DNA of 64,000 nucleotides from Octopus sinensis (taxonomy: Eukaryota), in the NCBI RefSeq assembly GCF_006345805.1, contig NC_043013.1, forward strand, positions 48,546,001 through 48,610,000, given 5' to 3'. The stretch's first letter is position 1. Every line of letters begins with the position of its first letter. The notes under the pieces are model-generated. The model was not told the DNA's origin and searched no databases. It saw nothing but the letters and a program-made list of their open reading frames with translations. Shown here in pieces: positions 36,443-49,039 of the stretch. The position numbers and the translations under genes were made by a program.

Positions 36443-36699
36443 TGAGCCTTGAGGAACAAAAATGAAATATTGTAATGAGATACAATCCAGGAAGATTGCG
36501 TGTTACTGTGGCTGGTTGGCGTTTTAAAAGAGGAAGAGGTCAACGTTAAAGTATTTTTTTTTTTAATGAAAAGGTCAATCAGAGGACAGAATGGCCGAAG
36601 GGTGAGCGTAAATAGGTGTGTGCTTAGTAGACGGAGGAGATGAATAATAGACAGGTGTGTATTTATATGCATTGTCTATAAAGTAGTACGTAAACTTGC

Positions 36700-37100
36700 G
36701 AGCGTCTGTGAGGTGTGTGTTGTGTTTGTAGTGATATTATAACGCGCGCTCGCGCACCGCCCATTTGTATTTAACGCGTGTTGGTGCCTTTACCAAGGCA
36801 CAGAAAGGAAGGCCCCTCTCGCGCATGCGCGAACCACCGGTAGCACGACCCTATTGCCTACGTAGCAGTTAGCGAGGCAAGGGGGTCGTAGAACGTTTGA
36901 CCGCTAGCAGCAGCAGCCAATGACTTGGGACCCAGCGATTGACGGCGACGGTCACGCATATATTCTCTCCGTCAGGATTAGATTCTAGCAGTCCTTTAGC
37001 CGAAGACTTTTAACCAAAATTGTTGCAGACCAACATCGTCTCCATTGTTCGACGCCATCTTGGACCCTTTCTGTTTTCATCGGCTGGACATTGTAAATAT
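36700..37100. promoter_or_regulatory. CpG-island-like promoter (NRF1, NF-Y and YY1-type motifs), orientation unresolved
   Basis: CGCGCATGCGCG at 36820-36831, AGCCAATGA around 36917, CGCCATCTT (AAGATGGCG on minus) at 37053-37061. Confidence 0.6.
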
Positions 37101-37787
37101 TACAATCTATGAACTTTCAGCCTTGCGCGCCCAGAATCAAGGACATCAGATAACACACTTATTGTTATTGTCAACAAGAAAGAGAATAAAGTAGTTATAT
37201 ATATTTCACGTCTGCGTCTTGTTGTTTCTGACTTGTAGAATTCTGGATTATTAAAGTAACGGCTAGTGAGAGATTGCTTTGTGCACCCCAAAAGTCCACG
37301 AGGATATTCACCTCACACGTTAAGTTCGTTTCATGTTTCTGTGAGTGATGGCTGCATATAAATTTATTTGCGTGTTGCAAACAGCGATGTCTGTATGTGC
37401 GTGTGTGTGTGTGTGTGTGTGTAATGCGTGCACATTTGCGCGTGTATATATGTGAGAGATCGTATGCGATAATCAGCGTGTGTGAAATATGCGTGAGTGA
37501 AAGAGTAGAAATTTATGTTTGGTGTGCTTGGCACATAATTGTTTCCCGTGATGCTGCGCTGTGTGTCGTGGGTTATTTTCGTACGCTTGTGCGTGCAAAC
37601 AGTTGATGAGGGAATGCGTTTCGTTGTGTCGGAGAATACTATAAGGTGCATAAGTGCTGGCGTAATTTTGCGAGTGTGTGTGCATTTGTCGATGCGTTGT
37701 GCATGTGTGTCTGCAACGGAGAGTGTGAGTAAGTGGGTTTATGTGCGTGGTAGTAGATGCTTAGTATATAGACTGCTATGTGCATAT

Positions 37788-38358
37788 CAGTGGATCTCAA
37801 CCGGGGTCCACATAGGATTTTGCTGTTAAAATTTATCTGCAATAATTTGGTTATACTGCTATTTTAACAATTTTTAAAATATAGAATTCCTAATAATATC
37901 TCTCTCTATATAAACGGCAGTTTGTCTGTGCGTGTTTCTGTGTGTCTGTTTGCTTGTACCCTCACCCTGACCACGGCTTTCAACCGACTCTGATGAAACT
38001 TGACACACACATAGCCCAATGTCATAATTCAAAACTAACGCAGCGAAAATTTTGAAAAGTTCCCCCAGTTCTGAAAAAAATCGATAAATTCGACATGGGG
38101 TCGAGAATCAGAAACACAAACCGCAAACTGTCTAGGGGACGCAACTCCACCTATTTTCATAGCTATTTTTTGGCTATAACTCTCTAAAAATGCTTTATAG
38201 TTATTTCCCTTACAAACCTGAGCAACGACGGGCGATACTGCTAGTTTAATTATAAAAATATAATGGGATTTTTAAAAACTTGGAATGGCTAGGAGGGTCC
38301 ATCTGAGTAAAATAGGAACCAAAAGGGTTCATACGTGAACAATGATTGAGAAACACTG
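37788..38358 (+). mobile_element. hAT-type MITE interrupted by a Helitron
   Basis: CAGTGGATCTCAACC ... GATTGAGAAACACTG ends. Confidence 0.6.
37899..38244 (+). mobile_element. Non-autonomous Helitron
   Basis: A|TC start, subterminal GC hairpin, CTAG|T end at 38241-38244. Confidence 0.75.
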
Positions 38359-38382
38359 GTGTGTGTTTATATATATATATAT

Positions 38383-38767
38383 ACTCTTTACTCTTTTACT
38401 TGTTTCAGTCATTTGACTGTGGCTATGCTGGAGCACCACCTTTAGTCGAGCAAATCGACCCCGGGACTTATTCTTTGTAAGCTAAGTCTCTTTTGCCAAA
38501 CCGCTAAGTTACGAGGACGTAAACACACCAGCATCGGTTGTCAAGCAATGCTAGGGGGACAAACACAGACACACAAACACACACACATACACATACATAT
38601 ATACGACGGGTTTCTTTCAGTTTCCGTCTACCAAATCCACTCACAAGGCATTGGTCGGCCCGGGGCTATAGCAAAAGACATTTGCCCAAGATGCCACGCA
38701 GTGGGACTGAACCCGGAGCCATGTGGTTGGTAAGCAAGCTACTTATCACACAGCCACTCCTGCGCCT
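38383..38767 (-). mobile_element. SINE-A
   Basis: Full-length family match. Confidence 0.9.
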
Positions 38768-38778
38768 ATATATATATA

Positions 38779-38831
<53 letters not shown>

Positions 38832-39075
38832 ATATTATATAATATATATATGCGTGTTATTAAGATGTAAGGTGTGTACGTACATTTGTGGATGGTGGGT
38901 GTATATGTATATGTGTGGATACTGCGTGTGAATAAATTACGCAGGTGTTGTGTTCTCTGTATCTATATATGTGTTATCTGCATGTATATGTGTGTGTGTG
39001 TTATCTGCATGTATATGTGTGTTTGTTGGCTGTATGTATATGTAAGTATCTGTAAACGTATTATTTCTTTTCTAT

Positions 39076-39380
39076 TCTTTTACTTGTTTTAGTCATGTGA
39101 CTGTGGCCATGCTGGAGCCCCGCCTTTAGTCGAGCAAATCGACCCCGGGACTTATTCTTTGTAAGCCTAGTACTTTTTCTATCGATCTGTTTTGCCGAAC
39201 CGCTAAGTTACGGGGATGTAAACACATCAACATCGGTTGTCAAGCGATGGTAGGGGACAAACGCAGACACAAATACACACGCGCGCGCGCCTGAGTGTAC
39301 GATGGGGCTTCTTTCAGTTTCCGTCTACTAAATCCACTCACAAGGCTTTGGTCGACCCGAGGCTATCGTAGAAGACACTT
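39076..39380 (-). mobile_element. SINE-A, 5'-truncated
   Basis: Family match. Confidence 0.85.
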
Positions 39381-39606
39381 GGGATTTTTTTCTGCGTATG
39401 TATGCTTTTATGCATGTATGTATGTGTGTGTGTGAAATTGTATCTTTATTTGTCGGTCTGGGTGCGTTGTTATGTGTGGGTGGGCGGATGGTGGTCCTCT
39501 CTGTGTTTTTTCTCGTCCTGTTTTCCATTTTTTTCTCGTTTGTTTACGTATTTCATGTTATTTGCGCCGTTGGTGACATCCTGTACCCATATACGCATGT
39601 ATATAT

Positions 39607-39773
39607 AGGCGCAGGAGTGACTGTGTGGTAAATAGCTTGCTTACCAACCACATGGTTCCGAGTTCAGCTCCACTGTGCAGCACCTTGGGCAAGTGTCTTC
39701 TACTATAGCCTCGGGCCAACCAAAGCCTTGTTAGTGTTATTGGTAGACGGAAACTGAAAGAAGCCCGTCGTAT

Positions 39774-39844
<71 letters not shown>

Positions 39845-40050
39845 GTGTGTATATGTTTGTGAGCCTGTGTTTGTCCCCGCAACATCGCTTGACAACTGAT
39901 GCTGGTGTGTTTACGTCCCCGTAACTTAGCGGTTCGGCAAAAGAGCCCAATAGAATAAGTACTATGCTTATAAAGAATAAGTTCTGGGGTCGACTTACTT
40001 GACTAAAGGCGGTGCTCCAGCATGGCCACAGTGAAATGACTAAAACATAA
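39607..40050 (+). mobile_element. SINE-A
   Basis: Full-length family match. Confidence 0.9.
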
Positions 40051-42218
40051 ATAAATAATTTAATTGAACGCGACGCATCCATTTCCAAGTAAGTTTATCT
40101 TCGCCTCTACTCTATACTGTTTGCTTTCTCCAAGGTGTTTCCATTATTTTGTCCACCCCAATACACACACACACACACACACACACACGAACGCACACAC
40201 ACACACATGTATACAAGTATTTATATAATATACATGCATATATATATGTGTATAAACATATATATATATATATAACTAATGTTGTGACATCCTGTAGGTG
40301 CCCCAGCATGGCCACAGCTCATTAGCTGAAACTGGAAAAATCAAAATCAAAATCAAATCAATGTAGGATAAAACTTTTTTCGGGAAAGAAATTTTATCAA
40401 TGCCCAGCATATCAAAAATACCTTTAATGGTTAAATTTATAAATAATTTACAAAATTAGAGCGAAAGAAAAATTCTAATGCCAAATATGCCGAAAAAAAG
40501 ACAAAAATTGTCAATAACCATTATAATTTATGCGTCTCGAAACAAACCGATAGAAATTTCTAAAAAATCCGTTATTACCGTATTGGTCCCAATTTCGGGG
40601 TTAATTCATAAGAATTTTCCCTTCTTCAGCGATAAATACGTGAAATATAAGTGAAATACTTACTCATACCCATGGAAAAAGCAAGCACTAAGTCCTGAGC
40701 AGACCTAAGTACCCCAAATATATCCAAAATAGAAAAACTTCAGCACATCTCGAGACACGTGTGATTCGAACTAGAAACTTTCACAGAGTGAGAGAATCCG
40801 GAAGTGAACACTATTCAATTTATAACTAATGTAGGATAAAACTTTTTGCGGGAAAGAAATTTTATCAATGGCCAGCATATCAAAAAATACCTAAGACTCT
40901 TTACGAATGTGTCTGATATAAATGGATTTGTAGAGGTTAATAGAGGGCAATAGAAAGATTCCCTAATGAAGTACGGTGGCTGGGTCCTGTAAGAGTGGTG
41001 GTGATAGAAAAGAAAGAAAGAAGGGATCCATGTAGGGGACATAAGAGGTTATGGAGGTTGCGAGTGCACTTAATGGACGAGGGAAGAGTAAAAGAGTGGG
41101 AAATGGCAACATCTAATTGGAGGAAGAGACTGTTGCGTTGGATTCGAACACGTATTTTGTTACATACGAATTTCAAATCGCAATTCAATCACGCTTTGAT
41201 TATGTGCGCAACCGCTATCTTGTCCAATCAATGTGTTATGCATTGTTTCGTTCGTGATGGGATGATAGACAACTCGATGAAGGCATTGTTATTGTTTTAC
41301 GTTTTTATTCTGCTTAACCTGTTTACGAACTGTCAATATACAGCGGAGCGATGCACATTGTGCCTATCTGTCTTAGACGCAGTTCATACTGTTTACTAAC
41401 AAATAGTGCCAATAATGGGGATGCACTCCTACATACGCATACCTACGTATACACATAGATATGAATATGTAACACAATGGCTGTTGTTATGTGATAGCGC
41501 GTCTGGAACCTTCTGTGAGCCAAGCCGATAAATACAGTTAATAAAGGCACCAATTTCGCAGACGTTCTCCATTCTCTCCAAATTTAGAGTGTCTTGGGTC
41601 GAACTTCGAATTACGCTCTCTCTATGACTGTTTTAACAGATGCACATTCCATTGATGATATCAAAGGGGAAGACACGACACGAACAGACAGTTTCCTTGC
41701 ATGTCATATTATGCTATTTCTACATTACTGTTTCCATTAATTGCCATGCATGAACATCTTTTCATATTAATGCAACACAATAAACTATGTTCAAATGCTT
41801 TGTGAGATTACTACACGAATTTTCCTGTCAATTTGGTTTTATATGGCAACAACACGCAGCCTAAGCATTATCCAATTACCTATCAAACCTCGTTATAAGA
41901 GGAAGGAGGGCTCGTTAAATGGTCAAGATAAAGGGGTTGGTAGAAAAGGAAAAAAGTAGTAGTGGTAGGTTGGATCTCAGATGCGGAGTGTGAAGAGGGT
42001 TGTTGCGGTTAATTTCCCAGACACAAGCGAAACTAGCCCGAACCAGGTTAGGTGAGTCTACTCTCTGGATAAACAGCTTGATCATGCGTTGAGTTTGAGT
42101 CTCAAAATTATCATTATGTCTACAGAGACAGCCGAGACAGAGGAATTATGTATAGGGTCTGCATACGTACATACATAAAACAATACAAACGTTTACTATC
42201 TCCTAAAACTACCTCTTT

Positions 42219-42515
42219 GGAGGTACATGTCCTAGTGGTGAGAGCAGCGGACTCGCGGTCGAGGGATCGCGGGTTCGAATTTCAGACCGGGCGATGTGTG
42301 TGTTTATGAGCGAAACACCTAAGCTCCACGCGGCTCCGGCAGAAGTTCATGGCGAAACTTTTGCGGACTCTTTCGCCACAACTTTCTCTCCCTTTTTCCT
42401 CCCGCATCTTGCAGCTCACCTGCGACGGACCGGCGTCCCGCCCACGTGGGTAACCTATACACCAAGGAGACCGGGAAACCGGCCCTTATGAGCCAGGCAT
42501 GGCTCGAGAAGAAGG
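42219..42515 (+). mobile_element. SINE-D, tail type 2
   Basis: Head and body match; tail ...GGAAACCGGCCCTTATGAGCC...GAAGAAG. Confidence 0.8.
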
Positions 42516-42535
42516 AAACATCTCCAAAACACAGC

Positions 42536-42569
<34 letters not shown>

Positions 42570-42571
42570 AA

Positions 42572-42790
42572 TATTCGTTTCTACTCTAGGCACAAAACCC
42601 GAAATTTTTGGGGAGGGGGCCAGTCGATTAGATCGGCTCCTGTATGCAACTGGTACTTAATTTATCGACCCCAAAAGGATTAAAAACAAAGCCGACCTCA
42701 GTGGAATTTGAACTCAGAACGTAAAAGCAAACGAAAAACCACTAAGCATTTCGCTCGGTGTGCTAACGTTTCTGCTAACGTTTCGCCGAC
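42572..42790 (-). mobile_element. SINE-B with alternative tail
   Basis: Core match; tail ...TTGTGCCTAGAGTAGAAACGAATATT. Confidence 0.8.
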
Positions 42791-43023
42791 TTAGACACAT
42801 ACTAAACCTTTCAAATTACACAATCCCAAAACAACACAAAAACATACGACGCCCGCGGCATATACCAACACAACAACAACTCACTCACACACACACACAC
42901 ACACACAAACTATTATTTGTCACAAGAGTGGAGAAGAATTGATTATTGTTGTTCTAGTGGGGGTTGGTTGGTTGTTACTAAAATGAAGTCCTGTAAGGTC
43001 ATGTGTGCACGCGTGCGCGGATA

Positions 43024-43455
43024 TGTATTATATGCGTGTATATAGGCGCAGACGTGGTTGTGTAGTAAGAAGCTTGCTTCCCAACCACATGATTCCGGGT
43101 TCGGTCCCACCGCATGACACCTCGGGCAAGTGTCTTCTAAGTATAGCCTCGGGACGACCAAAGCCTTGTGAGTGGATTTGGCAAACGGAAACTGGAAGAA
43201 ACCCGTCCTATATATATATATATATATATATATTCATGTGTGTGTGTGTCTTTGTGTTTGTGATTGTCCCACAGCAGCGCTTGACAATCGGTGTTGGTTT
43301 GCTTGCGTCCCTGCAACTTAGCAGTTTGGCTAAGAGACTGATCGAATAAGTACCAGGCTTTAAAAAAAATAAGTTCTGGGTTCGATTCATTCGACTAAAA
43401 GTTCTTCAAGCGGTGCGCCAGTATGGCCACGGCCTTATGACTGAAACAGATAGAA
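43024..43455 (+). mobile_element. SINE-A
   Basis: Full-length family match. Confidence 0.85.
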
Positions 43456-43839
43456 GCTAAGAAATAAAGAGATGTACATGCACACAAGGGAGACAATTCC
43501 CAAATCCAGCTTTGAATTGGGAATGCAGCAGGAAGTGAGCCTAACTTGGTAAGTCCGGTGAGGTGACTGAGGCGGTGCAAATAGTATTGAGGCATATCTG
43601 GTGTAAATCAGTTTCACTACGTTCTCATTCGATTTTTAAGCAATTTAAACTTCAGAGTTGTCTCCCTCGTTTCTTTTTTCCACAAGAAATTATCATTGAC
43701 GCTTTGAAGAGGTTGGCCGAGTAGTTAGACTGTTGGATTCCCGATTGTTAGGTTGTGTGCTCGATTCTCGAATGGGGCAAAGCATTTATGGAAGTTGTTT
43801 TTCCAACTCCATTTCCGATTAAGTGCAAATTGCGTGTTT

Positions 43840-44155
43840 ATCATGCGCGCAGATCCCATTTCAGCCAATCAGAACGTATTGTCCACGTGATAAGTTCTAG
43901 AATATTCTATCAACGAAGGCCTGAAATACAGAGGCTCTTGGCGCAAGAAAGCAGAAGGAATTGGGACTTGGTTCGCTACGGTCCCAATTCCTCCTTCAAA
44001 GTCGTTTTCATAGCTTTATGCTCAACCCAGCGCGATTCTTCTAATAACTGTTTTCACATTCTGTACCCAACTCGGAAATGGATGAAGAATCAAGGCGGCC
44101 ATACGTTATTGCAGCAATGTAAAGGATCAGTCAACTTATCAATTATCTGTTGAAG
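43840..44155 (+). promoter_or_regulatory. Promoter-like island and possible first exon
   Basis: CCAAT at 43865-43869, CACGTG at 43884-43889, an 11-bp hairpin, a 14-aa ORF, and donor GAAG|GTATCC at 44155. Confidence 0.35.
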
Positions 44156-44770
44156 GTATCCAGCACCAGTAAAGCATGATGTTCATATAAGATTGACTCA
44201 GTATTACAAGAACCCTTGTAAAAAGAGTGACAATAAATGTTGTATATGAACTGACATCAACCAACACTATACATTGTATCCTTGAGCAAAGAACTTCATC
44301 TCACACTCTTCAAATCTACTCAGCTACAGTGACGCCCCACCTACTAATTGCCCCAAATCTTGTACATGCAACATGCCAACGGCCCTTGATAGCTAGGTTA
44401 TGCTAGATAATGATGGTCAGTAACGCTAATGATTTTCCTTTTCATGACGGGTGCCATTTTAATTGATTAAATTTTATTTGCTTCACTAAACGTAGCTGAA
44501 GTGAATTATATTTTTTATCCCTTTTGGGGGTCAATAGAATGTATAGCAAGCTTTTATAGTTGTTGTTTGAATCCGAGCTCCGTTTGAAAATTTGTTTTTT
44601 TCTGTCATTATAATAACTCGATATTATCAATTAAGGATACGAAAAAGAAAATTTCTCAGCCGCGTGCACTAATGAGGGAATATCTAGATGGTTGCTCGAC
44701 CTACTAGAAATAGCAGTTAAATCTCCCAAAAATCACACTCCACCATTTAAGATGGAAGAGCACATTAGAC

Positions 44771-45811
44771 CAGTGCTTTTCAATCATTTTTTCCTATGGA
44801 ACGCCTTGATTTCTGTTTCACTCGAATGGAATCTCATAATCATTAGGTGTTTAAAAAATCCTATTATACTTTTATTTATTCATTTACTTGTTTCAGTCAT
44901 TTGACTGTGGCCATGCTAGAGCACCACCTTTAGTCGAGGAAATCGACCCCAGGACTTATTCTTTGTAAGCCCAGTACTTATTCTATCAGTCTCTTTTACC
45001 GAACCGCTAAGTTACAGGGACGTAAACACACCAGCATCGGTTGTCAAGCGATGTTGGGGGAGGGGGGCAAACAGAACACACAAACATACACACACATATA
45101 TATATATATACATATATACGACGGGCTTCTTTCAGTTTCCGTCTACCAAATCCACTTACAAGGCATTGGTCGACCCGGGGCTATAGCAGAAGACACTTGC
45201 CCAAGGTGCCACGCAGGGGTACTGAACCCGGAACCATGTGGTTGGTAAGCAAGCTACTTACCACACAGCCACTCCAACGCCTATAATTAAATATTATTAG
45301 GAATTCTTTTATTCTTTTATTTGCTTCAGTCATTTGATTGCGCCCATGCTGGAGCACCGCCTTAAAGGATTTTGGTCGAAGAAATCGACCTCAGGACTTA
45401 TTCTTTGTAAGCCTAATACTTATTCTATCGGTCTCTTGTTATCGAACCGCTAAAATTCGAGGACATAAACACATCAGCATCAGTTGTCAAGCGATGGTGG
45501 TGGGGGGACAAAGACAGACAGTCAGTCAGTCAGACACACACGCGACGGGCTTCTTTCAGTTTCCGTCAACCAAATCCACTGACAAGGGAGTCATTTGCCC
45601 AAGGTGTCACGCTGTGGAGCTGAACTCGGAACCATGTGGCGGGGAAGTAAACTTCTTACCACACAGCCACACCTGCGCCTATAAAAAAAAAGAAATGTGA
45701 AAATATTTTGTGCATTGTAGAAGTATGATAAGTTTATTACAGATAAATGTCTACATGAAAATCTTATATGGACCCCCAAGGGCCACATGGGGATCCGGTT
45801 GAGAAGCACTG
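44771..45811 (+). mobile_element. hAT-type MITE carrying two nested SINE-A copies
   Basis: CAGTGCTTTTCAATC ... GGTTGAGAAGCACTG; TSD CATTAGAC/CTTTAGAC (7 of 8). Confidence 0.7.
44885..45680 (-). mobile_element. Two tandem SINE-A copies (44885-45283, 45310-45680)
   Basis: Family match; nested in a hAT MITE. Confidence 0.9.
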
Positions 45812-45917
45812 CTTTAGACAAGGAAGTCATGTTAACAGCTGAAATACAATAACAAAAATCTGCAAAGCACGTTCTCTCAATATTATTTGAAAAATCAACA
45901 GCATTGTCAGTACAGAA

Positions 45918-46069
<152 letters not shown>

Positions 46070-46560
46070 ATGGCTCTCGTTGCTTCTGATCTTAACTGAT
46101 TGGAAGTGTTATCATGTACATTGCTTTGTCTTGATATAAAAGATGGGCTACAGCAAATATTCTGCTCAATACCACAGATTTGCTTGTCAGTTGTTTGACC
46201 TTTACCAGTTGAGAATGTGTCTTTGTGGCTGACGATATGTGCATCTCTGATCACGAGCAGAAGTGGTGGGGGAGAATCATAGCCATGTGTTTGGAGAAAT
46301 TCTTTGGGGTTTGGATATTTCACCATTGAAACACATGGGTGTTTCATTCAACATCCTTAAACAACCCTAATTCAAGGACCTTTTGAGCGGGATGGGTTAC
46401 TCGACCAGAAGAAAATTCTTACTGGGCCCCACCTGCAAGGTCATTTGCTGTTTATCTTGATATGAGATCACCATGTCTCGCACATATAGTTGTGATGCAT
46501 GTGCCTGGTGTACCCTTATCAGACAGGTAGTCATGATGGGTATACTAGCATGCACTGCTC
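46070..46560. mobile_element. Unclassified interspersed repeat between (TAA)n tracts
   Basis: About 490-bp mixed-sequence block bounded by simple repeats; no ORF; class not determinable from sequence. Confidence 0.3.
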
Positions 46561-46589
46561 CCTCACTCAATAGTAATAATAATAATATA

Positions 46590-46626
<37 letters not shown>

Positions 46627-46635
46627 TATAATAAT

Positions 46636-46665
<30 letters not shown>

Positions 46666-46667
<2 letters not shown>

Positions 46668-46949
46668 GGGAACCGAAAATTATATGAGAATGATCCCTGG
46701 CTTACCATCCCTGCAAGAAGTGCAAAAGATTGTCTTAACTGGTACATCACACGTATTGAGAAGAGCATTGTTGATGTGAGAACTATTACTACCCATATAT
46801 TTTAATTTAACTTAAAAAAATAAAAAAAAAAAATGAACGAACTAGTGAGTTTAGTTTAATGGCCTACCAATGTATACTATGAGTTTCTTTGCCCTAGGAG
46901 TCGGGAAGACACTCGGCAAGAAATGGAAGCAAATTTGAAAGAAAAAGAA

Positions 46950-46950
<1 letters not shown>
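46666..46950 (+). mobile_element. 5'-truncated R4/Dong-like non-LTR retrotransposon in (TAA)n
   Basis: IPGLPSLQEVQKIVLTGTSHVLRRAL* resembles the RLE-type C-terminus; (TAA)n on both flanks. Confidence 0.65.
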
Positions 46951-47017
<67 letters not shown>

Positions 47018-47775
47018 TAACAATAATAATAATATCAAATAAATAAATAAAATAAATAAAAGAGAATCATAGTAGAGCACTGGGTTATGTGAAGTTCTAA
47101 CTTTTGATATTGGAAATTCTGTTAATAAGCGGATGCGCAATCCTTCTCAACGGTGGTGTTGTCTTTTTACAAACTTCAAATACATATGTGTGTGTATGTG
47201 TGTGTATGTGTGTGTGTGTGTGTGTGAGAGTGCGTGCGCATATGTGAGTGTATGTTTGTATGTATGTATGTATGTATGTATGTATGTATGTATGTATGTA
47301 TGTATGTATGTATGTATGTATTATGTATGTATGATGTGAATATGTATGTGTGTGCGTGTGTATGTATACACTCATATGTATATGTACACACATAATGAAT
47401 ATGAAAGTAAAATATATCTCAAACAAAAAATTTGAAATAAATTTACAAAATCATATCAATATTCCGGTATCACCAATGTGCAGAGTCTCTCTAAAGAAGA
47501 GATACTTAACATATAAATAACTTTATATTCCCTTCACGTTCGTTTTTATCTAAAATTACGAAACCAACATTCTAATCGCAAAAATAAATTGCTCACACGA
47601 CAGAGCGTATATGGAATTGGGAAAAAACGTGATCTCAGGACAAATGACAGAGCCATATCTATTGCCACATCATAAATGTACAAGTCGATTGGCTAAAACA
47701 GTAATGACTATCCCGTCCTTTTCTCGAGTAAGTTTATTGTGTTGAGTCAAAGGATTGGCAATATTTTGGTCACTT

Positions 47776-48912
47776 GGAAGGCGGCGAGCTGGCAGAAGCG
47801 TTAGCACGCCGGGCGAAATGCGCGGCCGTATTTCGTCTGCCGTTACGATCTGAGTTCAAATTCCGCCGAGGTCGACTTTGCCTTTCATCCTTTCGGGGTC
47901 GATTAAATAAGTACCAGTTATGCACTGGGGTCGATGTAATCGACTTAATCCATTTGTCTGTCCTTGTTTGTCCTCTCTGTGTTTAGCCCCTTGTGGGTAG
48001 TAAAGAAATAGGTATTTCGTTTGCTGTTACGTTCTGAGTTCAAATTCCGCCGAGGTCGACTTTGCCTTTCATCCTTTCGGGGTCGATTAAATAAGTACCA
48101 GTTACGCACTGGGGTCGATGTAATCGACTTAATCCGTTTTCTGTCCTTGTTTGTCCTCTCTGTGTTTAGCCCCTTGTGGGTAGTAAAGAAATAGGTATTT
48201 CGTTTGCCGTTACGTTCTGAGTTCAAATTCCGCCGAGGTCGACTTTGCCTTTCATCCTTTCGGGGTCGATTAAATAAGAACCAGTTACGCACTGGGGTCG
48301 ATGTAATCGACTTAATCCGTTTTCTGTCCTTGTTTGTTCTCTCTGTGTTCAGTCCCTTGTGGATAGTAAAGAAATAGGCATTTCATCAGCCGCTACGTTC
48401 TGAGTTCAAATTCCGCCGAGGTCGACTTTGCCTTTCATCCTTTCGGGGTCGATTAAATAAGTACCAGTTACGCACTGGGGTCGATGTAATCGACTTAATC
48501 CGTTTTCTGTCCTTGTTTGTTCTCTCTGTGTTCAGTCCCTTGTGGGTAGTAAAGAAATCGGTATTTCATCAGCCGCTACGTTCTGAGTTCAAATTCCGCC
48601 GAGGTCGACTTGCCTTTCATCCTTTCGGGGTCGATTAAATAAGTACCAGTTACGCACTGGGGTCGATGTAATCGACTTAATCCGCTTTCTGTCCTTGTTT
48701 GTTCTCTCTGTGTTCAGTCCCTTGTGGGTAGTAAAGAAATAGGTATTTCATCAGCCGCTACGTTCTGAGTTCAAATTCCGCCGAGGTCGTCTTTGCCTTT
48801 CATCCTTTCGGGGTCGATAAATTAAGTACCAGTTGTGTACTGGGGTCGATCTAATCGATTGGCTCCCTCCCCCCAAATTTTGGCCTTGTGCCTAGAGTAT
48901 AAAAGAATATTT
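47776..48912 (+). repeat. Head-to-tail array of six SINE-B units (about 183-bp period)
   Basis: Unit starts at 47829, 48013, 48196, 48379, 48562 and 48744; only the first carries the 5' head. Confidence 0.95.
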
Positions 48913-49039
48913 TGGTAACTTATTTGTTTCATTTGCCAAGTTACAACAAAAGCAGCCACCTTTCTGCCAGGGGAAAGAACTCCTTCACTGTAGTTTCCAC
49001 CTCCTCTTGGAAGCGAACCATGGGTCGGAGCAAATAGTA

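Noticed and set aside
42219-42295. tRNA gene
   Set aside because: tRNA-like A/B boxes continue into the SINE-D body; no complete cloverleaf. The same applies at 55611, 52394, 12740 and about 43715.
43865-43887. ER stress element (CCAAT-N9-CCACG)
   Set aside because: The spacer is 13 nt, not 9.
47776-48912. CRISPR-like or retrozyme array
   Set aside because: Units are contiguous SINE copies with no unique spacers, there are no cas genes, the context is eukaryotic, and no CUGANGA/GAAA core is present.
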